DNA of 63,018 nucleotides, counting the filler, from Aduncisulcus paluster (taxonomy: Eukaryota): NCBI GenBank assembly GCA_024181965.1. It is 7 parts of 7 records of this genome, joined end to end, with 100 filler letters (N's around TTAATTAATTAA, not from the genome) between each part and the next. Parts side by side here need not be neighbours in the genome. Positions count along the whole stretch, not along the records: positions 31,389 to 38,227 come from BQXS01011159.1; positions 38,328 to 42,789 come from BQXS01011160.1; positions 42,890 to 46,844 come from BQXS01011161.1; positions 46,945 to 59,065 come from BQXS01011162.1; 3 more parts are not named here. The stretch is one strand, 5' to 3'. A program made the translations under genes and the position numbers. The notes beneath the pieces are model-generated. The model was not told where the DNA came from, did not search any database, and saw only the letters and a program-made list of their open reading frames with translations. Positions 34,301 through 47,142 of the stretch are shown here, in pieces; positions within the stretch are counted from its first letter, which is position 1; every line of letters begins with the position of its first letter.

Positions 34301-36091
34301 AAGGATATTTTACATATTCTCACCCAAGAACGTGCCAGTAAGGGATCTACCATCTCTGATGAAGAATTGATGAGGAACCAAGCTATAAGATTCTTGTTAT
34401 TCTCCCAGTTGTATCGTGCTTCATTACGAATTACCCCGATTATCATTGATGAAGATGCTGATGTTTTCTTACGTGTCCATGCGTTTAGTATCTTCTTGGA
34501 TATGTTTATGTGGTACATTGATGAAAAAATGAATACAGTTCCGGATATTTATGGAGATATGAGTATATATTATATCTCTGAGATTTACTATGCCCAAATT
34601 ATTGAGGAATATTTCCCTGTGATCGATGATGGCTTTGCCTCAACTGTTTATAATAATCTCAAGTTAGAAGGTGATGAAGCCGGCAGCATGTTCATTGATG
34701 TTCTTCCCAACGGACCATTACCACCCAATGATATCATTCGACAAGCTCTCGTTGACACGATACAAAATGTTGTGAATAGTTATTTCGTAATATGTAACTT
34801 TGGACAAAGGACATCCATTTACATGAATGTTATCGTCGCTTTTGCCGATATGTTACCCCGTCTGATGGATACAGGAGAACTTAGTACTCAAACCGATGCC
34901 ATCACATTCGCAAGGCGTGGTGGAATCGACATGTACTCCTCAACAGTTGAGAGTTCATATTGTGATCTTTTGTTGTCATTTAATGGTCTATTTGATGAGG
35001 AAGAAATGATCGTATATAATGAATATTCCACTCTGTTTGGTTGTCCCCTCACTGGTATTCAGGATGCCATGCTGAATGATTTCTTCTATATTACTGAAGA
35101 TGAGCTTTCCGATGAGGAATTAGAAGTCTTTGTTGCTAAAATGGGTGAACAAACTCGTTCGATACCCATTTTCTTTACTTTTAGACGTATGAGACCAAAT
35201 TCCATTACTCAGACTCCTAAAGAAGACGAAGGTGAAGAGTGGGCCGTTGAGTGTGATAATTGTTTCATTATTAGGACCAAGGTTGTCATTCCCAAACCTG
35301 ATGAGACATCAACTACGACGTCAGATTATACATTTAATGTTGATTCCAAGGATGATGAAGAGGAGACATCAACTACGACGTCAGATTATACATTTAATGT
35401 TGATTCCAAGGATGATGAAGAGGAGACGACTAACAACAACACGATTTTCAAACGAACAAAGCAAGAAACTGAACTCGTAATCCTTCGTCACGATATCATT
35501 TACTCCGATTATCCTCACACAATAAGGTTTGATGATTCGAACCCCAATGGATGGATTAGAATTGTTTCTGTGGAAGATGAGGAAGGAGAAATGGTCGATT
35601 ACTATGAATTCACTGTGTCTGAGTACGGTGTTTACATTGTTTATGAAGAAACTTATGAAGTGGAAGTGAAATGGGTGACCGTTCTTTTCATATGCGTATG
35701 TATTGTCGTTGGTATTGGTATAATTGGACTTATTGTAGCATGTATGGTGACTTCTAGAAAGAAGAGAGCAGCCAGAAAGAAACGTAAGGAGACCAATCCT
35801 TCTCAACAATCATATTTAGCTCCAGAAAACGATGCTATGATTGGAAATAATTATTTTGCTCTTGATAGCTTTGTTGAACAAGGAAAAATACTCCCTAAAT
35901 CCCCACCATCTTCCCCTTCTCCTTCAAATCCTGTTGCTCAGTTGAACACTACTACTGCTTTTTCTGGGACTGCTCAGACATATCATTCCTCCAAGTCGAC
36001 TCCAGTTCCCATGACAAGTAGATCTTTGCAAGATCATCGTCTCCCAACAAAATCCTTGACAATGTCTTCAACTGCTCTTGAGCACGAATGA
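31389..36091 (+). CDS. Large type I membrane protein: EGF-like repeats, REJ/PKD-like Ig-fold region, one TM helix; 5' truncated; frame break at ~32840
   Basis: CECxxxWSGxxC EGF units, FYVWSV / SISWNWKC / SYYWIV / SFTWSL beta modules, and a TM segment WVTVLFICVCIVVGIGIIGLIVACMV followed by RKKR. Confidence 0.7.
35303..35427 (+). repeat. 60-bp perfect in-frame tandem duplication
   Basis: ETSTTTSDYTFNVDSKDDEE occurs twice. Confidence 0.9.
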
Positions 36092-37381
36092 GTGTTCACA
36101 ATGAAAATTGAAATTGTTGTGATTCATTTAAATTAATGATTAATATATATATTAATATTTTTATGCAAAGGCTAACATTATTACTATTGCTCTTTCAGTT
36201 TATCTTTCTGATTCGTTGAATTCCTTCTTTCTAATTCTAGACTTTCGTTAGCAAAATATATTATATTCTTAATCATACATTAATAATTTTAAATATTTAT
36301 ATTTAATCTATCATCTTTTTTAAAAAATAATTGCTCTTAAATTTTTTTGTTTTGTTTTTTGCGTGCTGTCTTACTTTTGTATTGATAAACAGTTGTTCTG
36401 TTGCCTTATATCTATATATATATCTTTCCCACAAAAATAATACATATTAAAGCTTTTTCTCCAATGGTTATTTTTTTCTTTTTTCGTCTTTTTGTCCAAT
36501 ATATAATTTGTCTTCTTGTTTAGGCTATATTTTGTTTATGGACTTCCACTAAAATGCTGTGCAGTGATTACTCGCTTTTCCTTGTTTTGGTTATTATTCT
36601 CAATGTGATTGACTATGGACTGTCTATTTTTAGAAATCTATTTTTAGATTTAGACTTTCTTGTAGCCAGTTATACATTTTTATTTATTGGTTGTGATCTG
36701 CACATGTCTTCCCTCAAAAATTTATAATAATACTTTTGGTACCTAATTTCATACATTTTTTTTTATATATTATTTGTGTGTTTTTGCAGTTATCTTTCTT
36801 TTTAAAAGTATTTTAAGAAAGAAATATTTTATTCTTGGCTATTTTTTGATATTTTTATCAATATCAAATCAATTTAATTTGCACTAGCTTCTTTGCTCAT
36901 ACAAATTGTCTTTCATTGTGTTGCTTCTCCTTTCCTCAAAAATCACGTCGAAAACAACAAAACACAATATTTGCATTTTTTATTTTTTCTTCTTTCTCAG
37001 CTTTAGATTTAAACAATTGTCATCTTGACTTGCCATACTCTCTCTCAATGTTCATGGTTACTCATTTCTTAGAAAATTCTAAATTTAGATATTTCTCATT
37101 ATAGCTCTCTTGGGTCCTTGCTGAATACAACCCCCCAATTCCATGATATTATACAACATAAATTATGTATTATCTGAGGCAGCAACAACGTGCAAGTTTT
37201 ACCAATTTTTAATTATTATTGTTCTCTAAATAAATGAATGGTTTTTAGAGCAGTGTTGTTGAAGTTTGTATGGAGAATTGTATTGTATTCTTATGGTTAT
37301 TATTGATGGATGTTGATATATTATAGATATAGATAGATATGTATTCTTATTCTTTCCCACAAGGAGAATATGCAATCTCAA

Positions 37382-38227
37382 TCACTTCTTTCTCTTTCTT
37401 GCAAACATTGCCAACAACGCTCCACATATTCCTAGCCCGATAAGAGAGTTTCGAACAGCATCAGGATGCTCAGAGATGGCAGTAGACACATGTTGGACTG
37501 CACTTGAGATGGCTTGTTTGGTCTCACCAATGAATGATTCATACCAACTCTTCTCAGATGCTTGCCCATGTTCTTCTTGCCCATGTTCTTCTTGCTCATG
37601 TTCTTCTTGCCCATGTTTTTCTTGTGCTGTCTTGGTGGCCTGTTCTCCCTCCTCTGTCGTGACATCCTCTTCCAACACTTCTCCAAGCAACACCTTGAAT
37701 CGATGCTCAAGAACACCTCGCAACGCCTTCGAAAGAGGAGATGCCCTGATCTTCCCACTCTCCCAGATGCAAGTCTCTCTGGCACATCCAAGCACACGCG
37801 ACATCAGTGCATTCAGACCAGAGTCATAGGTGTAGCGTGAGAGTTGGGAGGAGAGAGAGGGGAAAGGAGTGGTCATCTGAACAACGGGTTGAGCGCTTGT
37901 ATCTAAAGGAGCACTGGTCTTCTTTGATTTCTCTTCCTCCTCCTCCTCTTCTTCTTCCTCTTCTTCTTCCTCTTCTTCTGCTTCTTCTTCTGCTTCTTCT
38001 GCTTCTTCTCTAACTTCAACTTCATCTTCATCCTTGGTTGGTTCTTTCTCTCCCTCGTCTTCCTCTACCTCTTCCTCTACCTCTTTCTCTTCTTTCTTTT
38101 CCTCCTTCTCTCTGACACAAATCTCAGTGCATGAGTAAATGAACGGCTTTGTCTGCCCAAGACGCCCCTCAAGAGGACCAGCTCCCTCCTTGACACCCTC
38201 TCCACTGCCAACACTCACATATGCAAG
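37382..38227 (-). CDS. 3' portion of an acidic tail-anchored membrane protein
   Basis: Open to the contig end; finishes SLIGLGICGALLAMFA-RKRKK*. Confidence 0.65.
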   Translation of the reverse strand, partial: LAYVSVGSGEGVKEGAGPLEGRLGQTKPFIYSCTEICVREKEEKKEEKEVEEEVEEDEGEKEPTKDEDEVEVREEAEEAEEEAEEEEEEEEEEEEEEEEKSKKTSAPLDTSAQPVVQMTTPFPSLSSQLSRYTYDSGLNALMSRVLGCARETCIWESGKIRASPLSKALRGVLEHRFKVLLGEVLEEDVTTEEGEQATKTAQEKHGQEEHEQEEHGQEEHGQASEKSWYESFIGETKQAISSAVQHVSTAISEHPDAVRNSLIGLGICGALLAMFARKRKK

Positions 38228-38327
38228 NNNNNNNNNNNNNNNNNNNNNNNNNNNNNNNNNNNNNNNNNNNNTTAATTAATTAANNNNNNNNNNNNNNNNN
38301 NNNNNNNNNNNNNNNNNNNNNNNNNNN

Positions 38328-39906
38328 GGACGAGTGGAAACGTGTTTCAGAAGCTGCCCGTCGTCAGTATCTCATGGAAAAGGAAACTAGACGTAAGCTT
38401 GAAGAAGAGGCCAAGATTGAAGCTGATCGTAAGCGTAATGAAGAGGCTGAACGCAAACGCCGCGAAGAGGAAGCAGCTCGACTTGAACGTCTTGAAGAGG
38501 AAGCTGAACGTAAGCGTCTTGAAGAGGAAGCGAAGATAGAGGACGAGTGGAAACGTGTTTCAGAAGCTGCCCGTCGTCAGTATCTCATGGAAAAGGAAAC
38601 TAGACGTAAGCTTGAAGAAGAGGCCAAGATTGAAGCTGATCGTAAGCGTAATGAAGAGGCTGAACGCAAACGCCGCGAAGAGGAAGCAGCTCGACTTGAA
38701 CGTCTTGAAGAAGAGGCTGAACGAAGGCGTATTGAGCAAGCTGCCCATCAGAGATATCTTAAAAAAGAAGGAAAGGAAGGAAAAGAAGAAGAAGGAGAAG
38801 ATGAAGATGAAGAAGAAGAAGAAGAAGAAGAAGAAGAAGAAGAAGAAGACTCTGAGCGTCGGCGACTCGAGGAGGAGGAAGCTGAAGTCAAACGTCGTGA
38901 GTCCAAGATTATGTCCTGGATAGCTTCAAGAAGTTCTGAGATTATTGCGAACTCACGTGAAGATATTTCAAAGCCCAATACTGATCAATTAGAATCGACT
39001 GCATTGAGTACTATTATACATCAAGAACCTGATTTAGCTTCTTCTCTGAAGGGCTCTTCTTCAAGTGTTCACGAATCTCCACAAAATGTTTCTTCAAGCG
39101 TTCACGAATCTCCACAAAATGCTTCTTCAAGTGTTCACGAATCTCCACAAAATGCTTCTTCCATTCATGAATCTGCCTCTCCGACTCATGAATCTCACTC
39201 CTTTGTTGATCCGCAGTCATATTCAACCTTGAGCAAAGACGAAGGACACGGGATTGTCCCTATGGCTTCCGTGTTGTCAGAAGGAAAGAAGAGAAGGGAA
39301 GAGGAAGGAGAGGAATTGATGGGTCATTGGCAATATCGAAAAAGAAAGAAGTTTGTTGAACCCCAAGAAATGTCAAACCATTCGGTATCACATGATCATG
39401 ATTCATACAAATTTATCGAGAGGATGGAAGAAATAATCCCAAAACAAGAACTAAGACCACGGGCCATGGCATCGGAACCAAAGCAGCGTGATTATCCTCA
39501 CAGAAAAGTCACTAATGAAACAAAGTTTGTTGAACCTCAGGAAGTATCAAATTATTCCACAACCCAAGAAACTCAGAAAGAATCAAAGTTTGTTGAACAA
39601 AAAGTATTTATTCCTTCAAAAAGGGAACCAAAAAGGGAACCAAAACAGGATAAAAGTGTGAAAACAGAACTTAGATTTGTCGAACCTCAAGAGGCATCGA
39701 ATCCAACTACTCATGATGATGTATTACTTGAAGAAATTTCCCGTATCCAAAAGAATCTAGATAAGAGATTGCTGGGTACATCTGGATTCCAATCTCCTCA
39801 ATTTGCATCTCCTTCTCTCTCATCTATGATGGATCTTTCTCCTTCTCGTTCTTCATCGCATCATCCCTCACATACTTCGCTTGATTCTCTGGAATACTCT
39901 GGTTAG
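38328..39906 (+). CDS. 3' portion of a low-complexity coiled-coil protein
   Basis: Open from the contig start. Contains a 213-nt tandem duplication (38328, 38541), SSSVHESPQN x3 and KFVEPQE repeats. Confidence 0.7.
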
Positions 39907-40122
39907 ATATTCGAGATATACACTATGATTATGTGATATAATATAATATAACATTCATATTCAATTATTCAGACTCACAATAATAAAATATATTGATCCC
40001 AATCTCTCACAAAAAATCTCCAAGCCGGTAATTTACCTGTCACTACCGGCGGCGGCGGTAATGGGTAAATTTATCTCTTTTTTTTGTAACTAAATAGTAT
40101 TAATATTGAATTTCTCGGAAAT

Positions 40123-40602
40123 ATGAATTGTTTTCTCTTTTCTCTTCCATTTATTTCCATTTTATCTATTTTGTGTGTTCCTTGTTTGGTTTTTTCTTCT
40201 TTCTTTCTCTACATCACTGGATTTCACTGGACATCATGGTCCATCCCAATTATTATTGGTTATATTGCTGGAATATTTTGTATTATAATGCTGAAATATT
40301 CCATGAGTAATAGAAAGCAATTCATTGATGAATCTCCCGTTTGTTGTCTCGCCAAATCACCTATGATAATCACAGCTTATTCGTTAATGATATTAGGTTT
40401 GATTATTGGAGCTCTGATTTCTGGAAAAGGGGTCCGATTAGATTCTATTGATATGTATTTTGGATTTGGTGGGGCGTTTGTTTTCTTCTTGTGGGGATTC
40501 GTTGGAAGTATTATTAATGGAAATACATCGCTAAAAAGAGCAGTAGATGGATCTGTTGCTATGATGTATTCATCAGTGCCTCCCCGAGATCTATATCATT
40601 GA
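40123..40602 (+). CDS. Small 4-TM membrane protein (Vps55/Vps68-like topology, unconfirmed)
   Basis: ATG-initiated 159 aa with four hydrophobic segments. Confidence 0.6.
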   Translation: MNCFLFSLPFISILSILCVPCLVFSSFFLYITGFHWTSWSIPIIIGYIAGIFCIIMLKYSMSNRKQFIDESPVCCLAKSPMIITAYSLMILGLIIGALISGKGVRLDSIDMYFGFGGAFVFFLWGFVGSIINGNTSLKRAVDGSVAMMYSSVPPRDLYH

Positions 40603-41255
40603 AGCTGAATCCGACTGTTTTTATTATCTCTTGTTTTTTTGGTGTTAAATTACTTAATTTGTTTTTCTCGATTATATTTAAAAATAAGAAGGCCATATCT
40701 TCTTAGTTTCAGGTTATTAACCGATTTTGTTGTTTTTGAGATGAAGTTTAACAGCACAATCATTATCATCATTGTACAGTGGAGAACAGTATATTTACAA
40801 GATATTTGAGTTTAAATTTAATTATTATATTGATATTTTATTGCTATTTTTTTTCCATATGACCTTGAGATGGCTTGTAATCATTAGATTCGAATTTGGT
40901 TGTATCATTCAACGATTGGTTGTATCCAATCTCTCGGGATTGTTGTTCGATTTTGCACTAAATTCCAAAATAATACTTAAAGAAGGAGAATCGATTGAAT
41001 TGCAATCAATAAATTGTGTTAATGGAGCTAACTTAATGTGGAAACAGAAAAAATTGAAAATATTTCCGAAATCTGAGACTTCGACGGAATAATCAAATTG
41101 TGTTTTTTCAGGGATTTCCTCCAAATTCACATCCCGATTTTGTCAAAATTTTTGAAGTTAGAAACTCTGAAACTCTGAAAATATGGAGTTATAAGTTGAG
41201 AAACTTGCAAATTCTTGAACTTTGACGAGACCATAATTTATTAAATAACATTCGT

Positions 41256-42789
41256 TTATTCATCTCTTTTCATTTTCGGAGGCGCTGTTTCTATTGGCAA
41301 ATCTGCCTTATCTGTGGACAAAAACATATCATTTGCACCATCTGCAATCGAAGAGTGGATAGGGAATTGGTCCTCGTTGTCATTATCTGCATCAGAAATA
41401 ATGAACTCATCGTGGGAACTTCCAATTCCCTGAGATGTAACGACGGAAGGATTGAAACCTTCAATTCTATCCTCTCTCTCTCTCTCCTCCTCTTCTTCCT
41501 CTCCTCTCTCTTCATCTCCTTTCTTTGCACCATCACCACTCAGGAGTTCAGCAAAATATCTATCAGCTTTTGAACCAGTCAACATGTCATCCATGTCATG
41601 CACATCCATGGCATAGAAATCATCCGTGGAAGCATTCATGCCATCGACATCATTGTCATCCTCGTTTGCAACATTAATATCCTCTTCATAATGCATACCA
41701 TACATCTCTCCCTCTTCCTCTCTCCTCCCTTCTTCCTCTTCTTCTTCTTCTTCTCCTTCATGTTCTCCTATCTCTTCTTCCTCCTCTTCATCTCCATGGA
41801 CATGATAGGATTCTATATCTTCCATGTATGTTACAATGGGCTTCTCTGAAGGTTGTAATGTCCTCGATATATCAGTAGAGATGAGATTATCGCCTCCTTG
41901 TTGCTCAAGATCAGTCGATCCTGCCAGAGCAGCTTGAACAAGCATCTCAGCTTCACGTTCTTCCTCTGCTACATCATCTCTCTCTTCCTCTTCTCTCTCT
42001 TCCTCTTCTTCCCTCTCCTCTCTTCGCCGTTGTGCTTCAGAGATCCTCCTCTCTGCTTCAAGCCTGAGTTCCTCTTTCTCTCTTTGTGCAGCCTCTTCCA
42101 GGTATTGTGGATCGACAGGTCTTGTTGTAATTGACTGATCCATGCCGTGCAAGTCACTACCACGATCATCCATGGCACCATACCGATCCTCCCTCCTGTC
42201 GTCTCTCTCTCTCTCTCTCCTCTTGTCCTCATCTCACCGTCGTCTCTTCCTCGACGATTGGTGGGAGCCTCGTGTTGCTTCTTTGTCCATGGCGCATGAG
42301 CTCGTGAAGCCATGGTATAATCAATGGCAGAAGCAGCGTCCATGTGTACACTCTGTTGCTGATGCCCAGATACAATGTCTTTTCTTCTGTCCTCCTCTGC
42401 TTCCTCTCCCCACCTAGAATATCCCTCATCCCTACTGGAATATCCTTGGTCCTGTCTATAATCATCATATCTGCCATCATACCTTCTATCATCTGACCTT
42501 ATATCGTCCCTCCTATCATCTCTGCGATCATCCCTCCTGTCGTCCCTACGGTAATCCCTTCTATCATAACCATCTCTTCTGTCATCTCTGTGATCATCTC
42601 TTCTATCATCTCTTCTATCATCTCTTCTATCGTCTCTTCTATCATAATCATCTCTGTGATCATAACCATCTCTGCGATCATAATCATCTCTGCTACGACC
42701 ATCTCTCCCGTCATCTCTCCTGTGGAAGTCAGATTCATGAGCAGGGGATCTATCTGGGTGATAATACGATGGCTGATGTCCTTGACGTT
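41256..42789 (-). CDS. 3' portion of an Asp/Arg (DDRR)-repeat and acidic protein; frameshift in a (GA)n run at ~42203-42218
   Basis: The RDDRRDDRR..SVHMDAASAID frame switches to RDDRREDRYGAMDDRGS at the microsatellite. Confidence 0.6.
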
Positions 42790-42889
42790 NNNNNNNNNNN
42801 NNNNNNNNNNNNNNNNNNNNNNNNNNNNNNNNNTTAATTAATTAANNNNNNNNNNNNNNNNNNNNNNNNNNNNNNNNNNNNNNNNNNNN

Positions 42890-43059
42890 ATGTTGGTGAT
42901 ATTTTCCACAGATATACCCCAGATGAGGTCAAAGCCCTTCAAAAACTTGGTCATGTTCCCGATGAACTCGTCATGTTTGAAGATGAAGATGAAATAGCCG
43001 ATATCCACGAGGAAGAAGAAGAAAAAGGAATGAAGGAAGATGAAATTGATGATTTATAA
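42890..43059 (+). CDS. EIF1A: C-terminal end of translation initiation factor eIF1A (5' truncated)
   Basis: VGDIFHRYTPDEVKALQKLGHVP plus an acidic tail ending DEIDDL*. Not in the ORF track. Confidence 0.8.
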
Positions 43060-43391
43060 AATAAAATACTAACTGCATGCTGGTGAAGATGTTTCGATTA
43101 TCCTTGTCCCTATATTAACTTATGATCTCTTATTTGAAGTAAATTAAGATATTAAGGGTCATTGAAACTCATCCTCTAACTCAACTTGTAATATTGGGAT
43201 GGGATCTGAGTGACGACTTTCCAACTGTCAATAGCAGTAAAAAAAAGACCAACAAAAAAGATAATGCAGCATAAATAACGTGATAAAAGGAGATTTTACT
43301 TGTTGCAATAGATTTTATGACTCTTTTCATTCCAAAATTCCAAAAAAACCGTTTGGGTGAAGAATACAAATATATATAAAAGGAAAAAATA

Positions 43392-44174
43392 ATGCATTCG
43401 TTAGAAATTATTCGAAATCATCTAATTGAATCAGGATATCGCCCTGAAGATCTTGATGAAGAGTTTTTACAGAAAGTAATTCGTAAATTGGGAGAAAAAG
43501 AATCAGAATCAACATTATGCAAGATTAGTAACAATGAATTTATCGATGATTATGCCTCAAAGCCATCTGATGATGGCGATATTAGCCCATTTAGCGTGCA
43601 ACGCACTCCTCCATACCGCAAAACTCCCAAATCTCGGGAACTTCGGACTGATAAAGCACGTTCCATTAAATCAAAGCGGCGATTAGCGGGAACTCTTGAT
43701 GCAATTGATGAAAGGCCCCTTTCTTCTCATCGCAAAAAGACCCCCATTCGTCCAACAAGCAGTAGATATAGTGTAAGGTCTCGCCCATCATCTGCTTCTT
43801 CGCGGCCGACATCAACATCTCTTTCAACTTCACGTGAGATCGCTGTTGCTTCGCTTTATCTCTCTCCCGATGCTTTGTCCGCTGATAAAGAGATATCACC
43901 TCGAAAAGAAGAGTCTCTGTCTGTTGAAGAGGTTTCTCCTCTTCCCCCATCAAAATCATCAAAAATATACAAACCACAAACTCAATTCTCAAGCGAATAT
44001 TTACCATTTTCAGGAACAAGAAAACCAACTCTTCGACGCCGGCCACAGTCAGCAACAGCTAGATCTTCCAGGTTTTCACATTCTCTCAGCGCTCGAATGA
44101 AGAGAAAAACGGATCCAGTTGCCAATTATCATAAATATTCTTCTATGTGGAAGAGTCAAAAAAGATTAAAATAG
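43392..44174 (+). CDS. HYLS1-like centriolar/basal body protein
   Basis: N-terminal EIIRNHL..SGY..DEEFL and C-terminal RKTDPVANYHKYSSMW resemble the HYLS1 conserved boxes. Confidence 0.6.
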   Translation: MHSLEIIRNHLIESGYRPEDLDEEFLQKVIRKLGEKESESTLCKISNNEFIDDYASKPSDDGDISPFSVQRTPPYRKTPKSRELRTDKARSIKSKRRLAGTLDAIDERPLSSHRKKTPIRPTSSRYSVRSRPSSASSRPTSTSLSTSREIAVASLYLSPDALSADKEISPRKEESLSVEEVSPLPPSKSSKIYKPQTQFSSEYLPFSGTRKPTLRRRPQSATARSSRFSHSLSARMKRKTDPVANYHKYSSMWKSQKRLK

Positions 44175-44300
44175 ATTTACAATAAAATTTTCCACCGTGT
44201 TTATACCAAGTTATTGATTATAATACAAAAATAATTTCACATTTAAAACCCAATTTATTCACGTTTTTTGATATCTGATAAACAATTCTTTCATCCCAAC

Positions 44301-46790
44301 ATGTCGAATCACAAAAGATATCATTGTTCCCCACACACAATGCCTTCTTTAAAAGAAGATTTAAAAGTGTCCACAAAGGATGAATTTCTCCAGATTTTAA
44401 GTGGTGTATGTTATTTTGTACGATAATAGTTTACTTTTCCTAGAGCTTCTGACTTCTTACCTTTTAAACAGATTCCTGGACGTAAAACTCTAATAGTTGA
44501 GAAATCAATTGCCAATGCTCTCAATTTAATTTGCAAAAGTGATGATATTACTCGGGGATGTGATGTAGATGTGATTTCTTTTTTCAAATCCGCAATGCCG
44601 AAAATTCATGCTTCTGTTGTTGTATATTTAGTCAGACCTACACATCCCAATTTAAAAATTGTTGACAAACAGGTGAGATTTGCGAAAAAGACTGTAGAAG
44701 GAAGACAAGGTGAAATGCTCTTCCATATCATTTTTTATGGAAGGAAACCCATTAGAGATGCCAGATTATTAAATCCTAAATATGACGATGCTCTTTCGCA
44801 AGGATCCTCTTCGTTTACCGGTGATATTGATATCTCAGGAGCCGATCTTGTTTCCACTGAAGGAGGCTCTTCTGGAAATAGAATTGTGGAACATTTGTGG
44901 GCTCCATCATTTTATGTCCTTGACGACGATGTATTGAGCCTTGAAGAGCCACTATCTTTCCGGCAAACTTTTGTTGATCATAATACCCTTACTGCACTTA
45001 AAGTCGCCGATAGTATTGTAAAATTGCAAAAACAAACTGGAATAATCCCCCTTATTAGAGGTAAAGGAGGTATTAGCAAACTGATTGGTGATGCAATTGT
45101 TCGTTTACGACACGAATATTCTCACCTTCGTCTTGAAGAGCAATCCGAGCCATCAAAGATCACCCAATTAATTATTATTGATAGAACATATGATTTATAT
45201 ACTCCAATGTTAACACAGCTGACATATGAAGGTCTTGTCGATGAGTACATTGGAATCCATGGTACAGTAGTCGAAGTTCCTCTCGGGAAAGGTAGCAAGG
45301 CTAAAACAAGCAAACAACTATTCAACAGTGCCGATACTGTGTTCGCTGATGTACGAGATGTCAATTTCAGTGCCCTCGCTGGTATTTTGGCCAAGAGAGG
45401 AGAAGCGATTCAATTGTTATATGACAGGAGCAAATCAGTCAAGGGATTCGAAGAAATGGCACAGTTTTTCACCAATCTTGCCCCAGTTAAGCTTGAACAT
45501 CAGAAACTTGCTGTACATGATGCCTTGCTCGATATCTTATCTACCAAGACCAGAAACCGTGATTTCTTCAACCGTCTCGCCATTGAACAAGGTATTCTCG
45601 GTGGTTTCACGAATGAAAAGGAGGTATTTAGCTGGGTTGAGAATCAGATCTTCAGCCATGGAGATATTTACTCTATTTTACGTATTCTCTGTCTTTTCAG
45701 TCTTGTCAACAATGGAATCAAGCAAAAACGCATTGATTCGATTAAATTAGAGATATCTCAGATGTATGGATGGTTATACGTGTTTTTGTTCGATTCCTTG
45801 GAAATGTGTGGCCTTCTAAAGAAACATGGAGGCAAATCCAATTTCACCAAACTCGTAAAGGCACTCCACCTGAATCAAGAGGTGGATGAGTTCAATCCAG
45901 ACGATGTTTCATATGTCTTCTCTTGCTTTGCGCCCCTCTCTGTAAGGACCGTGGAGTTGATGCTTCAATCGTTACGTGAGGAAGTGACTGAGCTTACTAT
46001 GGGAGTTGTAAACTTCAAGTCTGGCCCTTCCGTTGGCGGAGGCGTCGTCTCAGATCCTGCCAGTACCACTAGTAGGATAGTCCATACTTCTGCCAAAGAA
46101 CGCAAGAGACAGAGAGAGAAGAAAGAGGAGAGTCTACGTCTCTTGCATCCTGTTCAGAGCTTTGAAATTGTCCAAAACCTTCCCCCTGGGTGCATTGCAT
46201 CCACACTGGCCAGCAATGATACGTTGAAACATCGTGGTATCAAAGAAGGGGAAGTTCTTTCTAAGACTATTGCTAGTCAAGGAACCTGCCTTGTCTTCTT
46301 TGTCGGTGGAGTAACATATGGGGAGATTGCCGGATTAAGATTCCTGAGCAAAGGTCCCCCTAAGGGTGGTGCTGGTCCTGCCGGTGACTTTATGAAGGAA
46401 GAGATGGAAAAGAAACATGAGCCACAATTTGATGAAGACGGACGTCCCATTCCAGCCCCCTCCATCCCATCCATCACCTTTGATCCCCTCCCTGTTGTTC
46501 AGACTTACGGAGATATCATCATTGGTGCCACTGAGATCTTGAATGGAACCTCAATGATGGAACAATGTCGAGAACGGTTGAGTTTCACGGAAGATGAGGC
46601 AGAAAGGAAGAACCCCCCAGGAGGAATGCTCGAAAGAGAGAGGAAGAGGATGGAACGCCTTGCCACGACAGGATTGTTGGATGAAAAGCCCGTGAAGAAG
46701 GAGTCACCGGAAGATGACAAAAAGGGCAGCAAGAAGGAAAAAGAAAAGAGAAGAGGACGCCGCGGAAAGATTCTTGGAAGAAAGAAGTAA
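44301..46790 (+). CDS. VPS33: Sec1/Munc18 family Vps33; join(44301..44405,44472..46790)
   Basis: 66-nt GTATGT..AACAG intron joining ILSG-IPGRKTLIVE. Motifs YLVRP, IIIDRTYDLYTPMLTQLTYEGLVDE, VRDVNFS, DVSYVFSCFAPLSVR and VFFVGGVTYGEIAGLRFL. Confidence 0.9.
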
Positions 46791-47142
46791 TCGAAACTGT
46801 TTTATTGACCAATATTTCGGAAAATTGACCATTTTTTTCTTCATNNNNNNNNNNNNNNNNNNNNNNNNNNNNNNNNNNNNNNNNNNNNTTAATTAATTAA
46901 NNNNNNNNNNNNNNNNNNNNNNNNNNNNNNNNNNNNNNNNNNNNAGTTGAAAGATACATTTAAACATTTTCAAATCGTAATAGTTATCTTTTTATATTTA
47001 AAATTCAGGAATATTTTTGGATATCTTAAGTATCTCTCCTGATAAAAAATGTGATTGACCACAGCCTTATTTATCGACTTAGAAACAAATACTTTTAAAA
47101 ATAAAATTTTATTTTAAGTGGTATGTGGAATTAGAGTATTAA

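Noticed and set aside
36092-37381. 1.3-kb AT-rich spacer as a possible ncRNA locus
   Set aside because: No tRNA, snRNA or snoRNA motifs recognisable by eye; an Infernal/Rfam scan would be needed.
40772-41130. Overlapping 106-aa and 73-aa ORFs
   Set aside because: Non-ATG starts, intergenic-like composition and no motifs.
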